Assembly (NCBI GenBank): GCA_027493625.1 | Contig: JAOSKM010000003.1 | Span: forward strand, 599,028-663,027 | Length of the DNA stretch: 64,000 nt | From: Planctomycetota bacterium | GTDB lineage: Bacteria; Planctomycetota; UBA8742; UBA2392 | Direction: 5' to 3' | Shown here: in pieces, positions 48,400-57,245 of the stretch | Numbering within the stretch: the stretch's first letter is position 1 | How the letters are laid out: each line of letters opens with the position of its first letter | Program-made: the position numbers and the translations under genes | The notes under the pieces: model-generated | Told to the model about the DNA's origin: nothing | Databases searched by the model: none | What the model saw: only the letters and a program-made list of their open reading frames with translations

Positions 48400-48473
48400 T
48401 GGTAGACCGGCTGGGATTTCAACCCAGACTGCACGCTTGCAGGGCGTGTGTGCTCGCGTTGACACTACCGGCC
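48400..48473 (-). tRNA. tRNA-like (anticodon arm CACGC-CCTGCAA-GCGTG, TGC?); mismatched acceptor, probable pseudo-tRNA
   Basis: Good T-arm and CCA; the 5' acceptor strand GGCCGGT does not pair with 3' CCGGTCT. Confidence 0.25.
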
Positions 48474-48533
48474 CGTAGCGCAGGCGCCCCGCCTGCACCG
48501 GCCGGGGCGCCTCGCCCCCGGCGGTTGGTTCGT

Positions 48534-48608
48534 TGGAGCCCCCGGGCGGAATCAAACCGACCGTCTTCTGAATGGCAATCAGAGATTCTGTCACTGAACT
48601 ACGGAGGC
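48534..48608 (-). tRNA. tRNA-Gly(GCC)
   Basis: GCCTCCGTAGTTCAGTGACAGAATCTCTGATTGCCATTCAGAAGACGGTCGGTTTGATTCCGCCCGGGGGCTCCA. Confidence 0.7.
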
Positions 48609-48720
48609 AAGCGGCGGCAAAGCCGCCTTGAGAATTGCGCCCCCGCCCAGGCGGGGGCGTGTACTGACTCAGCACCGTTGTCAAAGAACTGGCCTGCCCG
48701 CCATAGCCTTGGCGAAGGCG

Positions 48721-48794
48721 GGTGGAACAGCCTGGACTCGAACCAGGATCTTCCGGTTTTCAGCCGGACGCTCTGCCCGTTGAGCTACCGATCC
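48721..48794 (-). tRNA. tRNA-Phe(GAA), 3' tail ACCC
   Basis: GGATCGGTAGCTCAACGGGCAGAGCGTCCGGCTGAAAACCGGAAGATCCTGGTTCGAGTCCAGGCTGTTCCA. Confidence 0.65.
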
Positions 48795-48812
48795 GTTCTC
48801 CCGCCATCGGGA

Positions 48813-48848
48813 GGGGGTCAGGCACAATTTCGTTCCGAAATTGAGCCA
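48813..48848. repeat. hairpin related to 47203..47253, flanking the 5' side of the tRNA array
   Basis: ggtcaggcacaatttcg ttc cgaaattgagccagacc. Confidence 0.55.
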
Positions 48849-49139
48849 GACCCCAAGCTGGGTGCAGGCGCAGAGTCAAACTGCCCCTCCGCGGTCACAA
48901 CGCGGCGTGCTTTCGCTACACCAACCCGCACATGAATTCCCCAAACGAAAGCGGGGACCCCGCATGGAGTCCCCGCCGCGTAAAACCGGGCATTTCAGCC
49001 CCGCGGTGGACTCCTCAATTCGCGATCATGGCCCGCTTCCGGCCGTGGACCGCGCAGACTCGCCTGGATACCTCGCTTCGACATGACTCTGCTTTCTGGC
49101 TCAACCTGCTTCGTTCGGTACCACACAGATACACCATGC

Positions 49140-49175
49140 ATATTGACACGTCAATACTATTCTTGACGTGTCAAT
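49140..49175. promoter_or_regulatory. AT-rich perfect palindrome with TTGACA-like hexamers; candidate promoter/operator for leftward transcription into the tRNA array
   Basis: ttgacacgtcaa tactattc ttgacgtgtcaa. Confidence 0.45.
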
Positions 49176-49223
49176 ATAAACGCGGTTGCCGGCCGCGCGG
49201 TTTCAAAAAAACTGCCGGCGCTT

Positions 49224-49634
49224 CTACTGGCGGCGCCGGCGACCCGTCAGGAATCCGCCTCCTCCTCCGATCAGCCCGCCCAGGATCAGCCCCAGCACGC
49301 CCTCGAGGTAGCTGTCCTGCGCCCGGGCGCGCTCCAGCTCGCCCTTGGCGGTTTCGAAGGCGTTGCGGGTCTGCTCGAACTTCAGCTCGCGGCTGCGGCG
49401 CTCGTCCTCTGCTGCCTGCAGCGCGGCCAGCGCCGCCTGCACGCGGTCGCCTTCGCCTTCCTTCAGCGCCTCGATGTACGCGCCGCGCGTTTTCTCGGCC
49501 ACTTCCATGGCGTCGCGCAGCTCGGCGCCGGCTTGCTCCATGGCGTCGCGGGTGCGCTCGGCGGTTTCCAGGGCGTACTGCAGGCTGCTGCAGCCCGCCA
49601 GCACAACAAACAACAGGGGGATGACGTACTTCAT
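49224..49634 (-). CDS. lipoprotein with coiled-coil and C-terminal TM segment (unimolecular-spanin-like architecture)
   Basis: MKYVIPLLFVVLAGC lipobox; C-terminal GVLGLILGGLIGGGGGFLTGRRRRQ. Confidence 0.45.
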   Translation of the reverse strand: MKYVIPLLFVVLAGCSSLQYALETAERTRDAMEQAGAELRDAMEVAEKTRGAYIEALKEGEGDRVQAALAALQAAEDERRSRELKFEQTRNAFETAKGELERARAQDSYLEGVLGLILGGLIGGGGGFLTGRRRRQ

Positions 49635-49658
49635 GGGGAACTCCTTTCGGGATGGGTG

Positions 49659-49877
49659 TCAGCGGGTTTCCAGCACGGCCAGGCGCTCGGCGTGTTCGCT
49701 GCTGGCGCGATACAGCTCACGGATGTCGTCGCGCTGCAGCTCGGACTGCTTGGCCAGCGCGTCCACCACGCCGGCCAGCTTCAGCACCGCGTTGTTCAGT
49801 CGCAGGCACACGCCGATCAGCCCGATGCCGATCGCGCCGATCCACGCGCTGGCCACGCTGATGATCACGGCTTCCAT
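49659..49877 (-). CDS. small membrane protein (72 aa), holin-like
   Basis: N-terminal TM MEAVIISVASAWIGAIGIGLIGVCL plus charged C-terminus; ATGA coupling to the upstream ORF. Confidence 0.4.
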   Translation of the reverse strand: MEAVIISVASAWIGAIGIGLIGVCLRLNNAVLKLAGVVDALAKQSELQRDDIRELYRASSEHAERLAVLETR

Positions 49878-50134
49878 TACCGGCCTCCCAGCAGTGCGAT
49901 GTCTTCGGCGCTGGCGCCCAGGGCCAGCAGGCGTTGCTCGGCGGCGAACACCCGGTCGCGCTTCGCCAGCTCGCTCCGCAGGCGCTCGGCCTCCGCGCGC
50001 GCGTCCGTGTTGATGGCGGCGCGGAACTCAACCAGCAGCGAGGGCCAGGCCTGCTCGAAGTCAAACCCCGGCTCGAAGCTGCGCGCCGTCAGTACCAGGT
50101 TCAGGAGTTGGGTTGCCGCTGCCTGCCAGTCCAT
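49877..50134 (-). CDS. hypothetical protein (85 aa)
   Basis: ORF in operon context. Confidence 0.3.
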   Translation of the reverse strand: MDWQAAATQLLNLVLTARSFEPGFDFEQAWPSLLVEFRAAINTDARAEAERLRSELAKRDRVFAAEQRLLALGASAEDIALLGGR

Positions 50135-50143
50135 TGGATTTCC

Positions 50144-53100
50144 TCAGGTTGGAGTGCCGATCACCAGCAGGCGGAACGCGACACCGCTCGCGTTCCAGGC
50201 GCCGTTGGTGCTGTTGATTGTCAGGGTTTGCGCGCTGCCGGCGCCCGGGGCGTTCAGGCTCCAGGTCGCCCAGTGAGAGCCGTCGGCGTCGTACTTCAGG
50301 TTGATCGTGCCCGTGCCGCCCATCGGCCAGCTTGAACTGGGGCCGCTGCCGCTGCCGTCGCGGCACTGGTAAATGAAGTGCGCGCGGTTGATGCCGGTCA
50401 GCGCCACCGTCTTGCCGCTCACGCCGCTGCCGCTGTACTCGACCACGCTGGCGACCAGGTTGGCGCCGGCCGGATGCAGGTCCTCGAACTTCGCGAACTT
50501 CGCCACCCCCGCGTCATCGATCACCAGCAGCTTGTAGCCGTCAGTGACGGCCGAGAGCTGGCCGAGCCCCGCCACCGTGGCCAGCAGGTGCTGCAGTTGC
50601 GACTTGCGCCCGACCAGGCTGGTGCGGACCATGAATTCATCGGTGGGGCTTAGCGTGGAGTCTGAGGTGGCGTTATTGATCAGCTCGTTGATGGCGCCGT
50701 CTGCGCTGCTCGCGGCGGTTCCGCCGTTGGCCAGCGACAGCGGCAGGGCGGGCAGCTCGCTGCTGTAGGCCAGCTTGTTCGCGCCGTGGTAGAGGCGCGA
50801 GTCGCTGCTCTTGATCCAGGCCGTGTTCGCCGCCACGCCGCCCGGATTGGCGCTCTGCGGCGTGAGTTCAAGCCCCGTGGGGTCGATCAGCCCGGCCACG
50901 CCCAGCTTGCCCCCGACTTCCAGGTTGCCGTCCGTACGCAGGGTGTTTGATCCGTCGCGATAAAGCTCGACGTCCTTGCCGAATGCGATGCCCTCGTCGT
51001 CACCGGCCCCCAGCCGCAGCGCCTGGCTGTCGCCGAAGTTCGCATCCGCCGGCCCGACCTGCAGGTGACCCGTAACGTGCACGCCGCGCGACAACCCGGC
51101 CGGCGTTGACGCGTCAACATCTCGCGGCAGCAGTTCAAGATGACCGCCCGATGTGGCAAGGCGCACGTCCCAGCCCGAGTGCACACGGCCGGCGGCGAAG
51201 TGCGGGTGGCCGAACGCCAGCACCACTTCGGGGTGCAGCGCGAGGAACGTCTGGCGCGCCCCCGAATCGAGTTGCGCGGCGGGCATGGCGACGCCCGGCG
51301 GCAGGTAGATGCAGCCGCCGCCGAGGCTGGGGTCGGGTACGCCGTTCGCTTCGCCGGCCCAGCCTTGGCTCTTGATGCTGGGGCCGGGGTAGGGCGTTTC
51401 GCGCTCCTGCCCGCGTTCGCTGGGCGCCGGCACCCAGTCGTGGCTGGGCGCCCACAGCTCGTACTCGCTGACCGCCGGCCGAATGTCGTACGGCACGCAC
51501 AGCATGGTCGGCACGTAGGGCGGCGGCGGGTCCTCGACCGGCGGCGCGGGCGGCGGGCCGATCGGCGGCTTCCAGGTGGGCGGGATCTCGGGCAGGAAAG
51601 GCACCCGGTACTGGATCTTCCAGCGCCCTTCGCGTTGCGTGTGGTTCCAGGGGTGGCGCTCGGCGGCGTCGTACTTGAGCTGCGCCTCATAGGGCGGCCA
51701 GGGCGGGATGCCGCCCGCAAATGGCTCAGCGTAGAACTTCACGGGCGCGTCGTGCACCGCGTCGCCCGGGACCTTGAAGAACGCGTCCGTGCTGATGTGC
51801 CCCGCGCTCTCGCGGTACACGCCGTCCTTCACGGCTGTGCCGTACAGGTGTTTGCTGCACGCGTCGGCGTCGGCCAGTATCGGCCCTCCCTGCAGCGTAG
51901 CCGTGAGGCGGCCGAGCGAGCGCCCGTCGGTTTCCGCGAACAGCCCGCGCCCGAGCACTTCCGGGTTGGCGGTGTCGCCTTCGCGCAGGTTCAGCGCCGG
52001 GGCCCAGCCGCCGTCGCGGGCGCCTTCCTGCCGGTGCGCGGGGCTGAGCGCCAGCACGCTCAGGAACTGCAGCCCGCCGCGCCGGCCCAGGCTTGACCCG
52101 TCAAGGTCATAGACCAGGCTGGAAGATGCACCCGGCTCAGGCCCACGTGCGTCGGCAACCAGCGGCCCGCAATCCACGAAGTGCGGCTCGTCGCCAAGGC
52201 TCACAATCAGGCCGCGCATAGCCTGCGGCAAAACGTGGCGGGCTTCGAACAATTGTTTGGGCGCAATCTCCGCGTGGCGTTCGTCCGGCGCCAGCACGCG
52301 CAGCCGGCCGGAGTCTACGACCTCCACGCCGGCGACGAAGAACCAGCGCCCGAACTTCGCGGCGTCGCTGCTTTCGAGAAAGAACGGAAACGCCAGCGGG
52401 CCCGGGTGGCGCAGCTCCAGCGCGCCTGTGTCGTCGCGGCGGTGCAGCGCTTCCACCGCGAGCACGCTTTCGCCTTCGGGTGCTTCGCCGCTCGCGCGCA
52501 GCACCAGCGGCCCCGCACGGAAAGCGTTGATCGGCTGGTGCAGCCCGCTAGGTGTCGGCGCCGACGAGCGCGAACCCGCCAGGCGCGGAGCGCCAGCGTC
52601 AGGCGCGGCCGGCAGAACATGCGCGCGCTCGCTGATGGTGCTGACCAGCCCATCGGGGCCGGCCTCGATAACCACACGTTCGACCGCACCCTGGGCCAGC
52701 GCTTCGCAGACACCTGCCAGCTTCGCCACGCGCCGTGAATGCACGTGTTGGTGAACGGCGGCAAGTTCGGAGGCCGCCGCGCGCAGGGCGCCGGCGTTCA
52801 CCACCGCGCCGCTTTTGTACAGCGCAACCAGGTGCTGCGCGTGCAGCGTGATCGGCTCACCTTCGCCGCCGGGGAAGTCCGCCGTAAAAGGCGGGCGCGT
52901 CGCAACGTGCGCAACGCGCAGGCTCAGCTTCGCGGCGCCGCTCAGGCGGCGATCCTGCAGCGTGGGATCGTCGGCGCCGCCGCCTGGCTGAAGCAGCGCA
53001 AACGGCGGCCGCGGCAGGTAGACCAGGCCGGCGTCGGCCTCCAGCTCAAAACCCTCAATCGGCTCGGCAACCGTCTCTTCAATACTGCGCTGCGCCGGGT

Positions 53101-54061
53101 GTTTCGGCGCCGTGTTCAGTGGCCGTGCGATGTGTGCCGTGAGCGACGGCGGCTGAAAGGTGCCGTCCTCATTCAATCCGCCCACGGGCAGCCAGGGCAG
53201 CGTCACCCCGCGCGCGCGGAACAGCCGGAACGCGTAGCGCTTCAGCGCCGCCAGGCGCGCAGCACCGTTGGGAGCCGTGGCGGGCAGCAGCGTCTCGAAG
53301 CCGCCGTCGCTGAGGCAGGCCTGGCGCGCGACGTGCTCGCTGACTCCCCACTGCGCAAGCACCTCGGCCAGTGGCTGCAGCGCGCCGCTGTCGTCCGGTA
53401 GCACCGGCTCGAAGTCGGTCAGCTCGGACAGCTCCAGTGCAGGGCCGCCGACCACCGTCACGCTCGAGGGCCGCTGTGCCTGCGAGGCACTGATCTCGAT
53501 CAGCCGTGTTTCATTCAGCGCCGCAGTTGTCTCGGCTGAAGCAACTGCAACCTGGCCCTCGTCATTTACCGTGCAGCTCAGACCCACGCTTGCCAGCAGG
53601 GCCTCGACGGCATGGCCAAGATCGCCGTTGGCGCGCAGGTTGACCGGCGCCGCCGTGCCGCCCGGCAGGCGCGGCGCTTCTGTCGCGTCCAGGCCGGCGG
53701 CCTCGAACAGGCGTTCGATCGCGGCCTGGGCGCTCAGTGGCTCGCCCTCGCGCCAGGCCGTGCCGTCGCCGACGGGCGCGTTGATTTCGCATCGCACCGG
53801 CCGGCGCCAGCTTTCGCGCAGATCGCTGCCGGTCACGCGCACGCGGCCGTCACCCAGCGCTTCGACACGCCGGGCGGTGAACTGGCTGAAGGTGCGCCGT
53901 GTTTCGGCGTCCGCAACGTGCAGCACCACCGGCCCCGTCTGCGCGATGGCGCTGGGCGGCAATACGGCTTCAAAGCTGGAAGCGCTGCCGCCGCGCCGCA
54001 GCTCGATGCGCAGGCCGAGCAGCGATTGCCCGTTGAGTGTGGCTGTGACGTGCTCGTTCAT
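50144..54061 (-). CDS. phage tail fibre / host-specificity-like protein (1305 aa)
   Basis: Large size; ...ELYRDGSNTLRTDGNLEVGGKLGVAGLIDPTGLELTP... fibre-like motifs. Confidence 0.55.
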   Translation of the reverse strand: MNEHVTATLNGQSLLGLRIELRRGGSASSFEAVLPPSAIAQTGPVVLHVADAETRRTFSQFTARRVEALGDGRVRVTGSDLRESWRRPVRCEINAPVGDGTAWREGEPLSAQAAIERLFEAAGLDATEAPRLPGGTAAPVNLRANGDLGHAVEALLASVGLSCTVNDEGQVAVASAETTAALNETRLIEISASQAQRPSSVTVVGGPALELSELTDFEPVLPDDSGALQPLAEVLAQWGVSEHVARQACLSDGGFETLLPATAPNGAARLAALKRYAFRLFRARGVTLPWLPVGGLNEDGTFQPPSLTAHIARPLNTAPKHPAQRSIEETVAEPIEGFELEADAGLVYLPRPPFALLQPGGGADDPTLQDRRLSGAAKLSLRVAHVATRPPFTADFPGGEGEPITLHAQHLVALYKSGAVVNAGALRAAASELAAVHQHVHSRRVAKLAGVCEALAQGAVERVVIEAGPDGLVSTISERAHVLPAAPDAGAPRLAGSRSSAPTPSGLHQPINAFRAGPLVLRASGEAPEGESVLAVEALHRRDDTGALELRHPGPLAFPFFLESSDAAKFGRWFFVAGVEVVDSGRLRVLAPDERHAEIAPKQLFEARHVLPQAMRGLIVSLGDEPHFVDCGPLVADARGPEPGASSSLVYDLDGSSLGRRGGLQFLSVLALSPAHRQEGARDGGWAPALNLREGDTANPEVLGRGLFAETDGRSLGRLTATLQGGPILADADACSKHLYGTAVKDGVYRESAGHISTDAFFKVPGDAVHDAPVKFYAEPFAGGIPPWPPYEAQLKYDAAERHPWNHTQREGRWKIQYRVPFLPEIPPTWKPPIGPPPAPPVEDPPPPYVPTMLCVPYDIRPAVSEYELWAPSHDWVPAPSERGQERETPYPGPSIKSQGWAGEANGVPDPSLGGGCIYLPPGVAMPAAQLDSGARQTFLALHPEVVLAFGHPHFAAGRVHSGWDVRLATSGGHLELLPRDVDASTPAGLSRGVHVTGHLQVGPADANFGDSQALRLGAGDDEGIAFGKDVELYRDGSNTLRTDGNLEVGGKLGVAGLIDPTGLELTPQSANPGGVAANTAWIKSSDSRLYHGANKLAYSSELPALPLSLANGGTAASSADGAINELINNATSDSTLSPTDEFMVRTSLVGRKSQLQHLLATVAGLGQLSAVTDGYKLLVIDDAGVAKFAKFEDLHPAGANLVASVVEYSGSGVSGKTVALTGINRAHFIYQCRDGSGSGPSSSWPMGGTGTINLKYDADGSHWATWSLNAPGAGSAQTLTINSTNGAWNASGVAFRLLVIGTPT

Positions 54062-55195
54062 CTAAACCTCCGGCGCCAGCTCGACCATGGCCGCGCGCCC
54101 GCGCGAAACGTAGCGCCAGCTGGTGACCCAGCGGCGGTCGGCGGGCAGGCCCCCGTGCGGCAGTGAGTACTCGACGTGCCGCTCGATAAGCTCGGCGGCG
54201 TAGCGCGGCGCGGGCGGGCTGACGTGGCGGCCGTCGCCGACCGCGCTGCCCTGCTGAATGATCTCCGTCTGCGGCGCGCCCACCTGCTGGCGATATGCTG
54301 GCAGCGCGGTGTCGAGCAGCGGGTGGTCGATAACGCGCCGCGTGGTGGTGAACGAAAGCGTTTCGGTCAGCGCCAGGCTGCCGGCCTCTTCCAGCAGTTC
54401 CACGAACTCGAAATCAACGCGCCGCGTGAACGGGTTCGCCGCGATGCGCGTCGAGACCAGCCGCTCACCGGCCGGGCGCAACTCCAGCGCGCGGGCCCGG
54501 GCCGAGGCGCCCACGAAGAAGCCGCTCAGGGCCCGCACCGTGCGGCCTTCGGCATCTGTGAACTCGCTGGCGACATAGTGGCCGTCGTCCACGCCGCCGG
54601 GCAGCGGCGTGAACACCTGCTCATCTTCGACTTCGTACTCGAGCGCGGGTACCACCGTGTCGCGCGTGACCACCGTGCGCACGCGCCGCCAACCGGCGCC
54701 CAGCACGGGCTGCAGCAGCGCCTCGAAGTCGGCGGGGTTCTCGTTGCGGCGCAAGATTGCCAGCCCCTTGGTGACCAGCCTGGCGGGCTGGCCGGCGGCC
54801 GTCGCCTCGCGCACCGTGTACTGGTGCGACTGCACGGCGCTCGCGGACTCCTGCAACGTGGCGCGGAATTCCAGCGTCACCCCGCGCCGGTTGTGGGCCT
54901 GGCCGGGCACGCGCTCGCGCTCCGTGACCGCGTGCAGCGTGGGGCCGAGCCGGCAGTCCGCGACAGTCAGCACGCGCACGTCCGTGCCGTCGGCCTGCAG
55001 CTTCAGGTCGCCGCCGCTTCCCTGCGCGTCGCGCAGGCTCTGCAAGGCGGATTCCAGGGCGGCGGGCGTGGCTGCTTCGACTTCCAGCTCGATCAGCCAG
55101 CGCTCGGTCACCTCTGGTGACTTGCCCGTGCGGCAGACGTCCAGGCTGGTAGCGGCGCCGAGTGCGGCGCCGTTAAAATGCAGTGCGAGTGTCAT
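54062..55195 (-). CDS. phage virion-associated protein, hypothetical (377 aa)
   Basis: ORF coupled to the tail-fibre gene. Confidence 0.45.
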   Translation of the reverse strand: MTLALHFNGAALGAATSLDVCRTGKSPEVTERWLIELEVEAATPAALESALQSLRDAQGSGGDLKLQADGTDVRVLTVADCRLGPTLHAVTERERVPGQAHNRRGVTLEFRATLQESASAVQSHQYTVREATAAGQPARLVTKGLAILRRNENPADFEALLQPVLGAGWRRVRTVVTRDTVVPALEYEVEDEQVFTPLPGGVDDGHYVASEFTDAEGRTVRALSGFFVGASARARALELRPAGERLVSTRIAANPFTRRVDFEFVELLEEAGSLALTETLSFTTTRRVIDHPLLDTALPAYRQQVGAPQTEIIQQGSAVGDGRHVSPPAPRYAAELIERHVEYSLPHGGLPADRRWVTSWRYVSRGRAAMVELAPEV

Positions 55196-55197
55196 GG

Positions 55198-56508
55198 CTA
55201 CTCCGCCAGGGTGTCCGAGATGGTGGGCGTGCCGGACGACGGCAGGGCGATCTCCAGGCGCTCGCGCGCGAACACCTGGAACGCGCCGGCCTCGTCACTG
55301 GTGCTGTCCAGCGTGAAGCGGTCGGCGACAGGCGCAGTCTGCGGGGCCGCGGCGCCTTGAAAGATCGCCAGCCGCAGGCCCGCATGGGGCACTTCGGTCG
55401 CGGGCGCCAGCGACACGCCGTCCAGGTACACCGCGCCGTTGAAGGTCGCGCCGCAGCGGATGCGCACCTTCACCTTGTTGGGGAAGCTGCCGCGCGGCAG
55501 GTATTGCAGGCCGCCGAGGTGCAGCCACTGGCCCGTGGGTGTTGACCCGTCAATGGTGAGCGTCAGCGCCGAGGCCGCACCGTCGATCAGCAGGTCCAGC
55601 TTCACGTCGCCGCCGGAGTAGCTGCCGACGTACACCCAGGCGCCCAGGGCCCAGAAACGGCCGGATTCCAGGGGCGGGTCGCGATCGGCCAGGTCCTGCT
55701 GCAACTCGCCGGACGTGGCGCCGTTGCCGGTGATCTTCAGTGATCCGCCGCCGAAGAGCTTGGTGGCGGTATCGCGGCTGAACGCGCTGCCGCCGCTGAT
55801 CACGCTCCAGTGGTCCAGCACGCCCGCGGTATCGTCCTCGAAGGCGCCGTCCGTCACCACGTTGCGCGCGTCCGTGATCGCCCCGTAGGTCACCGGGATC
55901 GCGCGGGTGCTGACCGGCGGGCCGACTTCCGGCCGAATGCGGAACTCTTCCTGCCCCACGGGCACGCGGTGGCGCGGGTTGTCGCGCACGCACTCGATGC
56001 AGATGCGCTGGTTCACGATGCGCTCGTCATCGACCAGGTTCTCAGCGGCGTCCACGGTCTGCTTGCTGACGTAGCAGGCCGCGTCGCCGGCGTTGGCGAC
56101 GTCCGCGCTGACTGCACCCAGGCTGACCGCGTTGGCGGCCACGCTCTCGGCGTCGGCCAGCATGGCGCGTTGCAGCTCACGCAGCAGCTCGGCGCGAGAA
56201 GCGCCCTCGGAATTCAGCTCGGCGGCCAGGGCATCGCGGATCCAGGCGTCGAGGGACTGCTGCAGCTGCGCGCCCCAGCCGCGGGCCACGCGGGCGGCGT
56301 CGGCCAGCACGCCCACCGCGTCAAGGCGGTCGCGCTCGGCGGGTGCGTCATTGAGCACATCCACGAACTCTTCGCGCAGCTTGTCCAGGCTGCGGAAAAC
56401 CTCGCCGCCGCTGCTGAAGCTCAGGTTGCGCTCGGCCAGGTTGTCGAGCTGCGTGAAGGCGCGGGCGTACTGGCCCAGCACCTGGAAGATCGTCGTGTAG
56501 TTCGGCAT
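55198..56508 (-). CDS. phage virion-associated protein, hypothetical (436 aa)
   Basis: ORF in a co-directional cluster. Confidence 0.45.
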   Translation of the reverse strand: MPNYTTIFQVLGQYARAFTQLDNLAERNLSFSSGGEVFRSLDKLREEFVDVLNDAPAERDRLDAVGVLADAARVARGWGAQLQQSLDAWIRDALAAELNSEGASRAELLRELQRAMLADAESVAANAVSLGAVSADVANAGDAACYVSKQTVDAAENLVDDERIVNQRICIECVRDNPRHRVPVGQEEFRIRPEVGPPVSTRAIPVTYGAITDARNVVTDGAFEDDTAGVLDHWSVISGGSAFSRDTATKLFGGGSLKITGNGATSGELQQDLADRDPPLESGRFWALGAWVYVGSYSGGDVKLDLLIDGAASALTLTIDGSTPTGQWLHLGGLQYLPRGSFPNKVKVRIRCGATFNGAVYLDGVSLAPATEVPHAGLRLAIFQGAAAPQTAPVADRFTLDSTSDEAGAFQVFARERLEIALPSSGTPTISDTLAE

Positions 56509-56514
56509 GGGAAC

Positions 56515-57177
56515 CTAGCTGCGCAGGATCTGCGCGGTGAAGGGTTGGACCACCTGCCCGGCCACTGACACGCGTACGCGCGGCAGGCTCATCCGCGCCT
56601 CGCAGCGCCAGCGCGCGGCCAGGTACGCCGAGGGGTCGTCGGCGCGGCTGCTGAGGTGGTCATAGAGGAAGAAAAGGGCGTAGCGCGCTGTGACGTCGGC
56701 CAGCGGCTGCAGGCTGTCGGCGCGCCAGCCCTGCGGGAAGCGGGCGTTCAACAGGGCGTCCAGCACGCGCTTGGCGCGGGCCAGCGGGTCGGCGAAGCCG
56801 GGGCGGTTCGCAAACTGGCCGTTCGCAAGAAACGCGCTGATGCCCTTGTGCAGTGCGGCGAGGTCGTCGTCATCGGCGTAGAAGGCGTCGATCACGGCCT
56901 CGAAGGGCGTCGCGTCCGTGATGCGCACGCTGCCGCTGAGGCCGCTGGCGTTCTGGGCCGCGAGGCTGACGTCGCCGGTGTCGGCATCGAGCGTGCCTTG
57001 GGCCACCATGGTTGAGCGCGCGGCGTCGCTGAACAGGCTGACGGTGAAGTTGCCGCCGGCCTCCGTGATGCGCGTGTACAGGCGCCCGTGGTCGGTGTTG
57101 GCGCGGCTGGCGCCGTCGAGCACCCAGCGCGAGAACACGCCGTGCGGGTCGTCATGTGTGGTTACGTATTCGAGCAT
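56515..57177 (-). CDS. phage virion-associated protein, hypothetical (220 aa)
   Basis: ORF in a co-directional cluster. Confidence 0.45.
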   Translation of the reverse strand: MLEYVTTHDDPHGVFSRWVLDGASRANTDHGRLYTRITEAGGNFTVSLFSDAARSTMVAQGTLDADTGDVSLAAQNASGLSGSVRITDATPFEAVIDAFYADDDDLAALHKGISAFLANGQFANRPGFADPLARAKRVLDALLNARFPQGWRADSLQPLADVTARYALFFLYDHLSSRADDPSAYLAARWRCEARMSLPRVRVSVAGQVVQPFTAQILRS

Positions 57178-57245
57178 GGTTCACTTTGGGGAAGGCGCCG
57201 GGGCGGACAGGCCTGCCCGCCCCGGCCGGGGACATCCTGCGCGGC

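Noticed and set aside
46170-48850. CRISPR array, prompted by the regular short spacers
   Set aside because: The repeats are tRNA cloverleaves of differing sequence, not identical direct repeats, and there are no cas genes. No CRISPR is present in the window.
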